This document shows, one piece after another, positions 1-11,685 of a stretch of 64,000 nucleotides of DNA. Position numbers and translations under genes: made by a program. The notes under the pieces were generated by a model. The model did no database searches. It was not told where the DNA came from and saw nothing but the letters and a program-made list of their open reading frames with translations. Origin of the DNA: Dendrobates tinctorius (lineage: Eukaryota); NCBI RefSeq assembly GCF_039654945.1, contig NW_027361696.1, positions 37,634,001-37,698,000 on the forward strand, written 5' to 3'. Position 1 is the stretch's first letter. Each line of letters opens with the position of its first letter.

Positions 1-1193
1 TGACTGCTGTGGCCTTGCAACGACACCTCAACATTTGCTGCTGTGCTAACCGGTGGGCTTACAGTGGGGGAAACAATGTAGCGTTGCTGACGACCTTCGT
101 TGTGATCAGTTGCACATGTGGCACTTGAGGTTTGGTGTTCTGTCCACGCTTGCAAGTGCATGCTGGTTAAATGTCTAAGCATGCAACTGGTATTCAAATT
201 TTTCAGATTTTTCCCTCGGCTAAAGGTCTTTGCGCACTTCTTACAGATAACCTTGGCCTGATCATGAGGATTTTGTTCAAAAAAGTGCCACACTGCACTC
301 TTCCTACTTTGGCAGACATTTTGCGGCCTAGCACGCTGTGATCTTTTGACCCTCTGGACAAGCTGTCCAGCAACTCTTTTGATGTTTGGAACCTGTCTTT
401 GGAGTGCTCCGGGCCTGCCAGATAACTGCTGTTGCGATGTCGATGTCTGCTGTGGATGCTCCTCATCTGAGCTATTGGAAGCAGCACCCTCTTCCCCCAA
501 TGGATGCCAATCTGGGTCAACAACTGGGTCATCCATCACCTCCTCTTCTATGTCATGTGCACCTTCCTCTGTGTCACCATGTATGGTGGTATAGTGTGCG
601 GGAAGGGGCACCTGAGTCTCATCAGGGTCAGAATCTGGCTCTGTACACTGCGAGGACAATGTAGTGCTCTGAGTGAATGTACCAGCAGAATCATCCATCA
701 GCGGCTGTGCATCAGTGCACTCCATGTCAGATTCATCTTGGCCTGGGTAATTCACCATTTGACTTGATAATCCAGGCATGGTATGTGAAAACAGCTCCAT
801 GGAGTAATCAGTAGTATGGCCTGCGTCATCCTTCAATCTTGGTTGGGGTGAAGGACACAAGGAAAGGTGTGGTTCATGAACATGAGCCTCCAATGACAAC
901 TCAGTGCTTTTACTTTTTACAACTGAAGAAGAGGAGGCGATAGAGCTGGAGGCTGCGTCAGCAATGTAAGACAAAACTTTTTCCTGATGCTCTGGCTTTA
1001 AAAGCGGTTTGCCAACTCCTAGAAAACTAAGCGTTCGAGGCCTTATGTAGCCAGACGATGACGCAGGCTCAACACCTCCTGCATTCGGTCCTATTTTGCT
1101 CTTGCCACTACCATCAGATCCACCACCAACACCATCATTACCAGCTGCCAACCCCCGCCCAATTCCACGGCCTCTTCCACCAGCCTTCCTCAT
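1..1193 (-). CDS. hAT (ZBED-like) transposase, N-terminal part including the BED zinc finger; runs off the window
   Basis: ATG of MRKAGGRGRG at 1193. Collinear with the 46331-49765 ORF, plus a 93-bp in-frame extra segment at 813-905. Confidence 0.85.
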   Translation of the reverse strand, partial: MRKAGGRGRGIGRGLAAGNDGVGGGSDGSGKSKIGPNAGGVEPASSSGYIRPRTLSFLGVGKPLLKPEHQEKVLSYIADAASSSIASSSSVVKSKSTELSLEAHVHEPHLSLCPSPQPRLKDDAGHTTDYSMELFSHTMPGLSSQMVNYPGQDESDMECTDAQPLMDDSAGTFTQSTTLSSQCTEPDSDPDETQVPLPAHYTTIHGDTEEGAHDIEEEVMDDPVVDPDWHPLGEEGAASNSSDEEHPQQTSTSQQQLSGRPGALQRQVPNIKRVAGQLVQRVKRSQRARPQNVCQSRKSAVWHFFEQNPHDQAKVICKKCAKTFSRGKNLKNLNTSCMLRHLTSMHLQAWTEHQTSSATCATDHNEGRQQRYIVSPTVSPPVSTAANVEVSLQGHSS

Positions 1194-1260
1194 TTTTGGT
1201 AGAAATGTAGACAAAATCCAACAAACTATATAGTATGTAAAACAAGGTGTCTATAGGACA

Positions 1261-2955
1261 GGGGAGATTTTGAATTTCTGCACACACTTTTGGACACTGG
1301 ACACTTTTGGATTGTGTGAGGCCCACTGATATCTGAGCTCTATGTGAGAGGCTCGATGGCACAGCTGTGACCTAAGTGACTAGAGAATAAGTGAGATTTT
1401 GAATCTCTGCACACACTTTTGGACACTGGACACTTTTGGATTGTGTGAGGCCCAATGAATATCTGAGCGCTATGTGACAAGCTCGATGGCACAGCTGTGA
1501 CCTAAGTGACTAGAGAATAAGTGAGATTTTGAATCTCTGCACACACTTTTGGACACTGGACACTTTTGGATTGTGTGAGGCCCAATGAATATCTGAGCGC
1601 TATGTGACAGGCTCGATGGCACAGCTGTGACCTAAGTGACTAGAGAATAAGTGAGATTTTGAATCTCTGCACACACTTTTGGACACTGGACACTTTTGGA
1701 TTGTGTGAGGCCCAATGAATATCTGAGCGCTATGTGACAAGCTCGATGGCACAGCTGTGACCTAAGTGACTAGAGGATAAGTGAGAGTTTGAATCTCTGC
1801 ACACACTTTTGGACACTGGACACTTTTGGATTGTGTGAGGCCCAATGAATATCTGAGCGCTATGTGACAAGCTCGATGGCACAGCTGTGACCTAAGTGAC
1901 TAGAGAATAAGTGAGATTTTGAATCTCTGCACACACTTTTGGACACTGGACACTTTTGGATTGTGTGAGGCCCAATGAATATCTGAGCGCTATGTGACAG
2001 GCTCGATGGCACAGCTGTGACCTAAGTGACTAGAGAAAAAGTGAGATTTTGAATCTCTGCACACACTTTTGGACACTGGACACTTTTGGATTGTGTGAGG
2101 CCCAATGAATATCTGAGCGCTATGTGACAAGCTCGATGGCACAGCTGTGACCTAAGTGACTAGAGGATAAGTGAGAGTTTGAATCTCTGCACACACTTTT
2201 GGACACTGGACACTTTTGGATTGTGTGAGGCCCAATGATTATCTGAGCGCTATGTGACAAGCTCGATGGCACAGCTGTGACCTAAGTGACTAGAGAATAA
2301 GTGAGAGTTTGAATCTCTGCACACACTTTTGGACACTGGACACTTTTGGATTGTGTGAGGCCCAATGAATATCTGAGCGCTATGTGACAAGCTCGATGGC
2401 ACAGCTGTGACCTAAGTGACTAGAGGATAAGTGAGAGTTTGAATCTCTGCACACACTTTTGGACACTGGACACTTTTGGATTGTGTGAGGCCCAATGAAT
2501 ATCTGAGCGCTATGTGACAAGCTCGATGGCACAGCTGTGACCTAAGTGACTAGAGGATAAGTGAGAGTTTGAATCTCTGCACACACTTTTGGACACTGGA
2601 CACTTTTGGATTGTGTGAGGCCCAATGAATATCTGAGCGCTATGTGACAAGCTCGATGGCACAGCTGTGACCTAAGTGACTAGAGGATAAGTGAGAGTTT
2701 GAATCTCTGCACACACTTTTGGACACTGGACACTTTTGGATTGTGTGAGGCCCAATGAATATCTGAGCGCTATGTGACAAGCTCGATGGCACAGCTGTGA
2801 CCTAAGTGACTAGAGGATAAGTGAGAGTTTGAATCTCTGCACACACTTTTGGACACTGGACACTTTTGGATTGTGTGAGGCCCAATGAATATCTGAGCGC
2901 TATGTGACAAGCTCGATGGCACAGCTGTGACCTAAGTGACTAGAGGATAAGGGAG
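1261..2955. repeat. 130-bp tandem array (~13 units) in the 5' subterminal region of hAT copy A
   Basis: The unit TAGAGAATAAGTGAGATTTTGAATCTCTGC... recurs at 1381, 1511, 1641 and onward. Confidence 0.95.
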
Positions 2956-3853
2956 ATTGGATTGCTTTTAAAAAAGCAGTTTGCGGAGCAGTGGGTAGAC
3001 AGCAATGCCAGCCTGTCAGGAAGCCTTAAAAGGCAGCCCAACAACCAACACCACTGATACACCACTATATAGCCTCCCCTTGCACTGCACACAGTGACTG
3101 GTGTGTTGTGCAGGCCAAATTGCTATCAGCAGCAGAAGCAGTTTTTTTTTCTTCTCAGCAGGACAAAAAAAAAAATTGGGATTGCTTTTAAAAAAGCAGT
3201 TTGAGGCCCAATGAATATCTGAGCGCTATGTGACAGGCTCGATGGCACAGCTGTGACCAAAGTGACTAGAGGATAAGGGAGATTGGATTGCTTTTAGAAA
3301 AGCAGTTTGCGGAGCAGTGGGTAAACAGCAATGCCAGCCTGTCAGGAAGCCTTAGAAGGCAGCCCAACAACCAACACCACTGATACACCACTATATAGCC
3401 TCCCCTTGCACTGCACACACAGTGACTGGTGTGTTGTGCAGGCCAAATCACTAGCAGCAGAAGCAGTTTTTTGGTCTTCTTCCCTGCCTAACGCTCTCCC
3501 TACAGAATCAGCAGCAACCTCTCCCTATACTGAGATCGGCAGAAGTAAGATGGCGGTCGGCGTGCACGCCCTTTTATACCCCCTGTGACGCCCACCAAAG
3601 CAAGCCAATCACTTGCATGCCCTTCTGAAAGATGGTGGTGACCCGTGCCTATGTCATCACGTTGCCCACAGTGTCCGTGGATCCTGATTGGCTGAAAAAG
3701 AGCGCAAAACAAACTTTTGAAATGCGACTTTGGCGCGTAAGTCGCCGACCTCGTGGCCGACCTCATCCTAGGGTCGGGTTTCGTTTCATGAAACCCGACT
3801 TTGCCAAAAGTCGGTGACTTTTGATTTTTTTCGACCCATTTCGCTCAACTCTA

Positions 3854-5488
3854 CTTGTAGCATAACATTATGGAGGTCACTGTCATTACAGTCCAATTGA
3901 CCTAATAGAATTATCCATAAGAAACAAGAGACACTGCAGAGGTCGCACTTTTGAGGAGCTTTCTAATTCCATCACCAATTTTGCATGAGAAGAGAGGAGC
4001 ACAAACTCAGGATCCACCCAAGCCAACTGTATCCACAGGGCATTTCATATGTTGATGACAGAGTTAACAGCCCCAGGATAAATTACTTGTATGAGGAAGT
4101 ATGTTAATGAAATGGCTACAAAATAAGTTGACGTTCCCCATATATGTTTTATAATCCTTGTCCAAACTCAATAAATGGCTGTATCCTGTCTCTTCCTTCA
4201 CAAAAAACATGTGACATAGGTGGGTAAGTAGATATGAAATAGAAAATAGGCAAATAAAACTGTGTAGATATTCAGTTAGAGCTGATTGCACGTCACAACA
4301 AGTCTGGTAATAGTAAAGAATCCATTGATAATGATTTTCTTCCTCCAAATTAAAAGTCACGGGGATAGAAATTGTCAAAACTCAGTAATGTCAGTGATTG
4401 TGAAGGAATAAATTATTCTGATGAAGAAGCTTGACAGAAAAGCAGGTATTTAACTTTATATTGATATAACCTACAAATCGATACAGTTATAGAGAAAAAC
4501 AACATGGAAAAGAGACAGAAATCAAGCTAATTTTACCTTGAGGTGCATACAAGTGAGATTAATATGAAACACATCAAGTTCTCCAAAAGGAACCCATCAA
4601 TATGAAGAAATTATAATCTATATATCACAACAAGCTCAGAACTCAGCTGAAATTGTTGGCTAGCCTTTTAATTAGACACCATGGCGGTACCCCTTTATTA
4701 AGAAAATTATCACATAGTAACATTAAGATTTTTTTTATCAAAAACAAATAAAATTATATTTTACAATATTTTGTTGGGAAACACTGCAGTAAGTTCAGGT
4801 AGTGCATGTGCTGCAAACCTTAGCCGACCACCTTTCATAATCCCAAAACGTGAAATGATTTAGTATGTCATTATCAAGAAGAATGATTACACCAGAGACC
4901 ATAGAAAGATGTGTCCTTGATAAAACAATGGCAGTTATTAATTTTGATGTTTTAGGTCTTGCATCTTCTACCCTAGATTCATAATTATCTTCCTACCTAT
5001 TTAATAAATGAATTATATATATTACAATTCTGCACTCATGCAAATGAAAATTAGAAGATGTTAGAGAGTAATGACTGCACCAAACTGAGCAACTTTTTAG
5101 CTATCCATTATAAATTCCTGCATAACTTATTGTAATACGCTTTTTACTTATCTTACACATCTATGTTGATTTTCAACTATCAAAAATCAATATTAGCAAT
5201 ATCTCTTACAATATGACACAAAGAGGCATGAAACACATCACATAATTAGTTCCCATTTGTATCAGGCTATTACTTTTTTATATAAATGATAAAAAATGTA
5301 TTATACATATGAGAGAAAGAAAATTTTTAAAAATATTTATAATTCTAAATTTAAACAACATTTATAATTTGTCCCCGTTTCCCTATCCATAAACCAGTCT
5401 GGTATTGGTTGAATAGTTTGCTCTACAGTTCTGTATGTAATTAAGTAATTGACCTGATAGAATAATGCTCAAAACAAAAGAGACTCTG
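3854..5488 (+). repeat. Recent segmental duplicate of 26818-27330 joined to 31253-32373
   Basis: Near base-for-base match once the CR1 insertion is removed from the second copy. Confidence 0.92.
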
Positions 5489-7766
5489 TTACCCTTGTGA
5501 AAATAAAAAATTGTGGGCTAAAAAAATCACTTTTGAGGAAAGAAATGATTTTTTGTTTTCATGTCTCTGCGTTTATAAACTTCTGTGAAGCAGTTGGGGG
5601 TTAAAGTGCTCACCGCGCATCTAGATAAGTTCCTTGGGGGGTCTAGTTTCCAAAATGGGGTCACTTGTTGGGGGTTTCCACTGTTTAGGTACATCAGAGG
5701 CTCTGCAAATGTAGCATGACGCCCGCAGACCATTCCATCAAGTCGGTATTTCAAAACGTCACTACTTCCCTTCCGAGCCACGACTTGTGCCCAAACAGTG
5801 GTCCCCCCACATATGGGGTACCAGCGTACTCAGGACAAACTGGACAACAACTTTTGTGGTCCAATTTCTCCTGTTACCATTATGAAAATAAAAAATGGCC
5901 TAAAAAATCATTTTTTGAGGAAAAAAAAATATTTTTATTTTCACGGCTCTGTGTTATACACTTCTGTAAAGCACCTGGGGTTCAAAGTGCTCACTATGCT
6001 TATAGATATGTTCCTTAGGGGGTCTAGTTTCCAAAATGGGGTCATTTGTGGGGGAGCTCAAAGTGTAGGCAGACAGGGCCTCTCCAAGCACGACATGGTG
6101 TCCGCTAACGATTGGAGCTAATTTTCCATTCAAAAAATCAAATGGCGCTCCTTCCCTTCTGAGCCCTGCCGTGCGCCCAAACAGTGGTTCCCCCATCACA
6201 TATGGGGTACCAGCGTACTCAGGACAAACTGAATAACAACTTTAGGGGTCCAATTTATCTTGTTACCCTTGTGAAAATAAAAAATAGCGGGCTAAAATAT
6301 CATTTTTGAGGAAAAAAATGATTTTTTTATTTCATGGCTCTGGGTTTATAAACTTCTGTGAAGCACTTGGGGGTTCAAAGTGCTCACTACACATCTAGAT
6401 AAGCTTCTTGGCAGATCTAGTGTCCAAAATGGGGTCACTTGTGGGGGGTTTCTACTGTTTAGGCACATCAGGGACTCTGCAAACGCAACATGATGCCCGC
6501 AGACCATTCCATCAGTCTGCAATCCAAAATCACACTCCTTCCATTCTGAGCTCTCCCATGCGCTCAAACAGTGGTTCCCCCCCACATATGGGGTACCAGC
6601 GTACTCAGGACAAATTGCACAACAACTTTTGTGGTCCAATTTCTCCTGTTAGCCTTGTGAAAATAAAAAATAGCGGGCTAAAATATCATTTTTGAGGAAA
6701 AAACATGATTTTTTATTTTCACTGCTCTGCGTTATAAACTTCTGTGAAGCACTTGTGGGTTCAAAGTGCTCACCAGACATCTAGATAAGTTCCTTGTGGG
6801 GTCTAGTTTCCAAAATGGAGTCACTTGTGGGGGAGCTCCAATGTTTAGGTACACAGGGGCTCTCCAAACACGACATGATGTCCGCTAACGATTGGAGCTA
6901 ATTTTCCATTCAAAAAGTCAAATGGTGCTCCTTCACTTCCGGGCCCTGCCGTGCGCCCAAACAGTGGTTTATGACCACATATGAGGTATGGGTGTACTCA
7001 GGAGAAATTGCCCAACAAATTTTAGTATCCATTTTATACTGTTGCCCATTTGAAAATGAAAAAACTGAGGCTAAAATAAAATTTTTGTGAACAAAAAGTC
7101 CTTTTTTTACAGATCAATTTGTGAAGCACCTGGGGGTTCAAAGTGCTCACTATGCATCTAGCTAAGTTCCTTGGAGGGTCTAGTTTCCAAAATGGGGTCA
7201 CTTGTGGGGGAGCTCCAATGTTTAGGCACACAGGGACTCTCCAAACTCGACATGGCAACCACTAAATAATCCAGCATATTTTCCATTCAAAAAGTCAAAT
7301 GGTGCTCCTTCCCTTCCGGGCCCTGCCGTGCGCCCAAACAGTAGTTTATAGCCACATATGAGGTATTGTTGTACTCAGGAAAAATTGCCCAACAAATTTT
7401 AGGATCCATTTTATCCTGTTGCCCATGTGAAAATGAAAAAATTGATGCTAAAAGAAAATTTTTGTTGGAAAAATTAAAATGTCCATTTTTTCCTTCCACA
7501 TTGCTTTAGTTGCTGCGAAGCACCTGAAGGGTTAATAATCTTCTTGAATGTAGTTTTGAGCACCTTGAGGGGTGCAGTTTTTAGAATGGTGTCACTTTTG
7601 GGTATTTTCTGCCATATAGACCCCTCAAAGTGACTTCAAATGTGAGGTGGTCCCTAAAAAAAATGGTTTTGTAAATTTTGTTGTAAAAATGAGAAATCGC
7701 TAGTCAACTTTTAACCCTTATAACTTCCTAACAAAAAAAATTTGTTTCCAAAATTTGTTTCCAAAA
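5489..7766. mobile_element. Fragment of a large non-autonomous repeat with ~400-bp internal subrepeats (possibly piggyBac-like)
   Basis: Recurring TCTAGTTTCCAAAATGGGGTCACTTGTGGG and TACTCAGGACAAA blocks. The same family occurs at 51938-53400 (inverted) and 57590-58420. Confidence 0.6.
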
Positions 7767-7839
7767 TGGAAGACAGCATTTAACACCAGGGACGGGCACT
7801 ATGAATACCTGGTGATGCCCTTCGGGCTCTGTAATGCTC
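7767..7839 (+). mobile_element. 73-bp Ty3/Gypsy reverse transcriptase fragment
   Basis: Translates [24 protein letters not shown], the conserved Gypsy RT motif. Confidence 0.85.
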
Positions 7840-8277
7840 GTGATTGCTGATTTTGTGACGCCACAGTGATCTCGCCAGTGACATCGCTGTGTGTGACCTG
7901 GATCAGCGACCGACCCCCCTGCCGAGTATCGCTGATCGTGCTCCATCGTCCTGGGCCGTTTTTTGATCGTTGGTCTCCCACTGGCCAGCACGCATCGCTG
8001 CGAGTGTGGCTGCATGTGGCTGCGTGTGGCAGCGAGAGACCAGCGATCAGTGACACTGGACGCTGGTTTCCAATGTAAACAGCGGGTATCCAAGAGCTGC
8101 GCGGCTCTTAGATACCCGCTGTTTACATTGGAAACCAGCTTGCTCGCTGGTTCTGATCGCTGGAGGGGCTGTCTATGTGACAGCTCACCAGTGATCAGCC
8201 TAACGATGTCCCAGCGATCCCATCCATGTCGGATCGTTGGTGGGATCGCTGGGACATCGTTATGTGTAACGGGGCTT
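7840..8277. mobile_element. PIF/Harbinger-type MITE, one end missing
   Basis: Inverted homolog of 20192-20638; ends GTGTAACGGGGCT followed by TTA. Confidence 0.75.
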
Positions 8278-8279
8278 TT

Positions 8280-9790
8280 ACTCATGCTGTTCATACTGAC
8301 ATCACTTTCAGTTTCATTAGAACTGATGTCAATGGAATCCACATCTGGGAAGCTAAAGGAGACCCGCCGTTTAGCTACATCAGAGGAACTATGGTTGCGT
8401 TTTTTAAAATGGGGTGAGGAACTTTTGATGTTTTTTGCCATCTCCCCCATTCATACACTTGATCCATCTGGTAATCTCCCAAGTCGAACTGAAACTTATT
8501 GCGCTTGCGATCTATAATAGTTTCCTCTAACTTGGAGACAGATTTTTTTGATATTCAAAAGTTCCTCTTGGTATTTGGCACTATTATTTGTCTCCAAAGT
8601 AATTTTAATCTGATTAATTTCAGATTGAACATCTTTTAGTTTGGTGGACTCATATTTCATAATTAATTGCATTAGCTGTATAGAGCAGCTGCTTAAAATA
8701 CAATTCCATTCTTTAACAAAGTCCTGAGAGTAAATGGTGGTAGGAATTTTTTTAAGCCGCAATCCTCTCAGAATCATATTTTTATGGACATAATTTTCCA
8801 AAGTTGTGAAAACTTTAGTTTCGTTAATCATCATTTTTTCCAATTTATTGACGTCCATTAAAAAAGGATCAGATGCAGAACTACCAACAGAAGTGGGTCA
8901 GTCAGTTGTAAATAATTGAGCCACCTTGCGTGCTCTTTCTAGACTTGTATCCATATTTAAAAAGAAATACTGTAGGACTTAACACAAACACAATGCCAAA
9001 GAGCTAATATGAGCATGCAAGAGAAAATTACTTTTCTACATTAATATAAAACAGCTCTCGGTGTGCACGGCAAAAAAAACTGTGAAACTCAGTATAAAAG
9101 GAAAAAGATAGCCAGCTCACCTATCGGCATGTATTGCGGGAAGCACGGACCACGTGCAGTCATCATGTAGTAGTTAGAACAAAGTGGAATAAAGGTCCAG
9201 TTTCACAACAATTTATTGTATAAAATATAGTCCAGAAACACTAAAATTTACATGCGTAACAAATAGGCTACGCGTTTCGAACAAAAACCTTGTTCTTTTT
9301 CAGAGCTGCTTCCCATTTATGTTACCACACTTTATGTCCATTACCCCCAATAAGATCAAATACAAATCACATGGTGTTCGAAAAGAGAGAAAAAAAAAGG
9401 GAGGAAGCGAAAAAAAGGGAGGGTGGAAAGGAAGACAAAATGTAAAGGAAAAAAAAAACAAAATGCACAAAAGAGCAAATAAAACAGAAAATTATGATAA
9501 TGCAAACTTAAATATAAACATATAAATGCATATCAAAAAATTAATACATATGATAAACATTATTAATGAAACATAATTTATTTTCTGGCATTTAGTCAGT
9601 CGGGAAAACATGTATTCAAGTAAAAAATCCAGTACGCTTCACGTGTCATAAGGTGTTTTTTAAGTCGCCACCTCTCATGTTGCACATCATTCTTTCAATA
9701 CCAGTAACTTGAAAAAATTCAGTGCTTCTTTGATGCTGAGAAATAAAGTGTTTGGATGCAGAAGAAGCGCGACCACTAGTGTATGGGAAT
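8280..9790 (-). mobile_element. Penelope-like retroelement relic: GIY-YIG C-terminus, UTR, then ORF N-terminus (pseudo-LTR order)
   Basis: ORF 8496-8858 (ILRGLRLKKIPT..FVKEWNCILSSCSIQLM) resembles amphibian PLE N-termini. 9600-9760 reads HF..QH..FQVTGIE..RGG like a decayed GIY-YIG end. Hammerhead-like motif at 9267-9306. Confidence 0.65.
9267..9306 (-). ncRNA. Degenerate minimal hammerhead-ribozyme motif (Penelope type)
   Basis: Minus strand GCT-CTGAAAAA-GAACAAGGTTTTTGTTC-GAAACGCGT-AGC: CUGA core, stem II, GAAA and palindromic ACGCGT. The core deviates from consensus. Confidence 0.55.
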
Positions 9791-11474
9791 TCCTAGTCTA
9801 GGAGACCCGTTCCTTTAAATTTGCCATAGTTTTTAATCAGGCTTTCCTCCAAGTCTCATCATTCGCCACCACTAGATCACCAGAGTTAACATGTTCCATG
9901 CTGCTACAGCCAGTGTTGAAATCCTAACAAGGGTGGGGGTTTTGCTGGGCATTAAATACTTGTTAAGGAAAAGGTTGAGATGTACCCCACAGGAAAAAAT
10001 GTTTGTCAGCCCAATACACTTAGTGTAAGGCTATTAGAAGTCTAGGAGACCCGCTCCTTTTTAATGGGACATTTTTTGTTAAGATGCCCTCCTACATGTT
10101 TCTTCCAAGGGAGATTGGGGTTATTGGGATGCATATGACTTGGTAGCAGGGCAGGCCATGCAGTCAATGCATAAGAAAACAGAATGGGAGTACAAAATGA
10201 ATAATGTGAAGTGGATTTTCCTGTGCCCTTCCAGTACCTAGGTTCAAAGGCATATTGGGGTGCAGATGACTTCGCAGCAGGGCAGGCCTTGCAGTCAATG
10301 CATAAGAAAATAGAATGGGAGATCAAAATGAATAATGTTAAGTGGATTTCCCTGTGCCAATCCAGTATGTGGGTTCAAAGGCTTATTGGTGTGCATATGA
10401 CTTGGTAGCAGGGCAAGCCTTGCTGTTAATGCCAAAGAAAACAGAATGGGAGTACAAAATGAATAATGTGAAGTGGATTTTCCTGTGCCCATCCAGTATG
10501 TGGGTTCAAAGGCTTATTGGTGTGCATATGACTTGGTAGCAGGGCAGGCCTTGCTGTCAATTCATAAGAAAACAGAATGGGAGTACAAAATGAATAATGT
10601 GAAGTGGATTTTCCTGTGCCCATCAAGTACGTGTCTTGAAAAAGCTTATTGGGGTGCATGTAACATTGGGGCAAGCTAGGCATTGCATTCAATGCAACAT
10701 TTTTTCTGGAAGCTCTCCTATCTATACCTCTCGTGAAAGGGGTATTGTGGTGCGTCATAATTCTTGGCAGTCCATGCACTCACTGCACAGACAATAACAA
10801 TTTAGGAGACCCACTGTTTAATTATGGCCCTTTAAGAAGATTAATGCCACCTGATGCCCCAGTAAAATAAGCTCTGTGACCTCAAGTGTCCCTCCTTCAT
10901 AAATGAAACAAGATGTGTCTGCTTATGTGTCACACACCACATGGCCAACTATGGTTGTTAAATGTTACAGTGATATTTCCAAGTAAATGCATTTGTAATG
11001 GTTGAAAGCAGTGATAAAGTTGAAAAACGCTTCAAAAACTCTGCATCTGAACATACCTCAAGTGGGGGAAGAACGTTTTGGTCTGAGGTTAATTATTTTG
11101 CCTTATATGCAAGTCATTAACCTGGAAAGGATGTACCTTTACACATTTCCCAGTAAAATCCATTTTGGTATGTTTTTTGGTGCCCCGGTAAAAATGGCAT
11201 GAAACGCTGAAAAAATTGTTTAAATCTGTGAAATAGGAGTCAGGAATGCTTCCAGGGGCGATCCTCATGATGTCCCCGTGTCACTTGATCAGTGTTTCCA
11301 TCATTTTCAGACGTTTTTAGACCTTTAAAGGACCCCCGGGGGGATCTCAGTAAAAATGCTTGTGTCTCCCATAGACTTACATTGGCCTCGTTGTTCTGTC
11401 CGAGTACCTGAATATTCCAATTTATTCGACCCCAGCAACGAGCACCCGAGCATTTTAGTGCTTGCCCATCACTA
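9790..11474. mobile_element. Non-autonomous hAT-derived element (right part) with 131-bp tandem repeats at ~10110-10660
   Basis: Ends in GCCCATCACTA (TAGTGATG.GC-type TIR). Repeats at 10211, 10342, 10473. A homologous right end lies at ~56930-57565. Confidence 0.65.
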
Positions 11475-11482
11475 ATTATTAC

Positions 11483-11685
11483 TAGAGATGAGCGAGTATA
11501 CTGGTTGCTCGGGTTTTTCCGAGCATGCTCAGGTGACCTCCGAGTATTTTGGCATGCACGGATACTTAGTTTCTGTTGACGCAACTGCATGATTTCTGGC
11601 TGCTGGACAACCTGAATACATGTGTGGTATGCCTGTTTGCTATTGGAATTCCCACATGTATTCAGGCTGTCTAGCAGCCTGCACT
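11483..11685. mobile_element. Left end of a hAT MITE (TAGAGATGAGC TIR)
   Basis: TIR begins 8 bp after the previous element. A similar truncated end starts at 18840. Confidence 0.6.

Larger units (their letters stand above)
1..3853 (-). mobile_element. hAT DNA transposon copy A, 5' part only (rest lies outside the window)
   Basis: Nearly identical to ~48665-51929. Ends in TIR ...GCTCAACTCTA at 3853, followed by CTTGTAGC. The empty site is visible in the paralogous host segment at ~26818. Confidence 0.93.

Noticed and set aside
1261-2955. Regular array as a possible CRISPR (also 49842-51140)
   Set aside because: Head-to-tail identical units with no unique spacers, no cas genes and a eukaryotic context.
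7728-8517. 240-aa and 184-aa ORFs
   Set aside because: They are chimeric read-through across a Penelope-like remnant, a MITE and the Gypsy filler.
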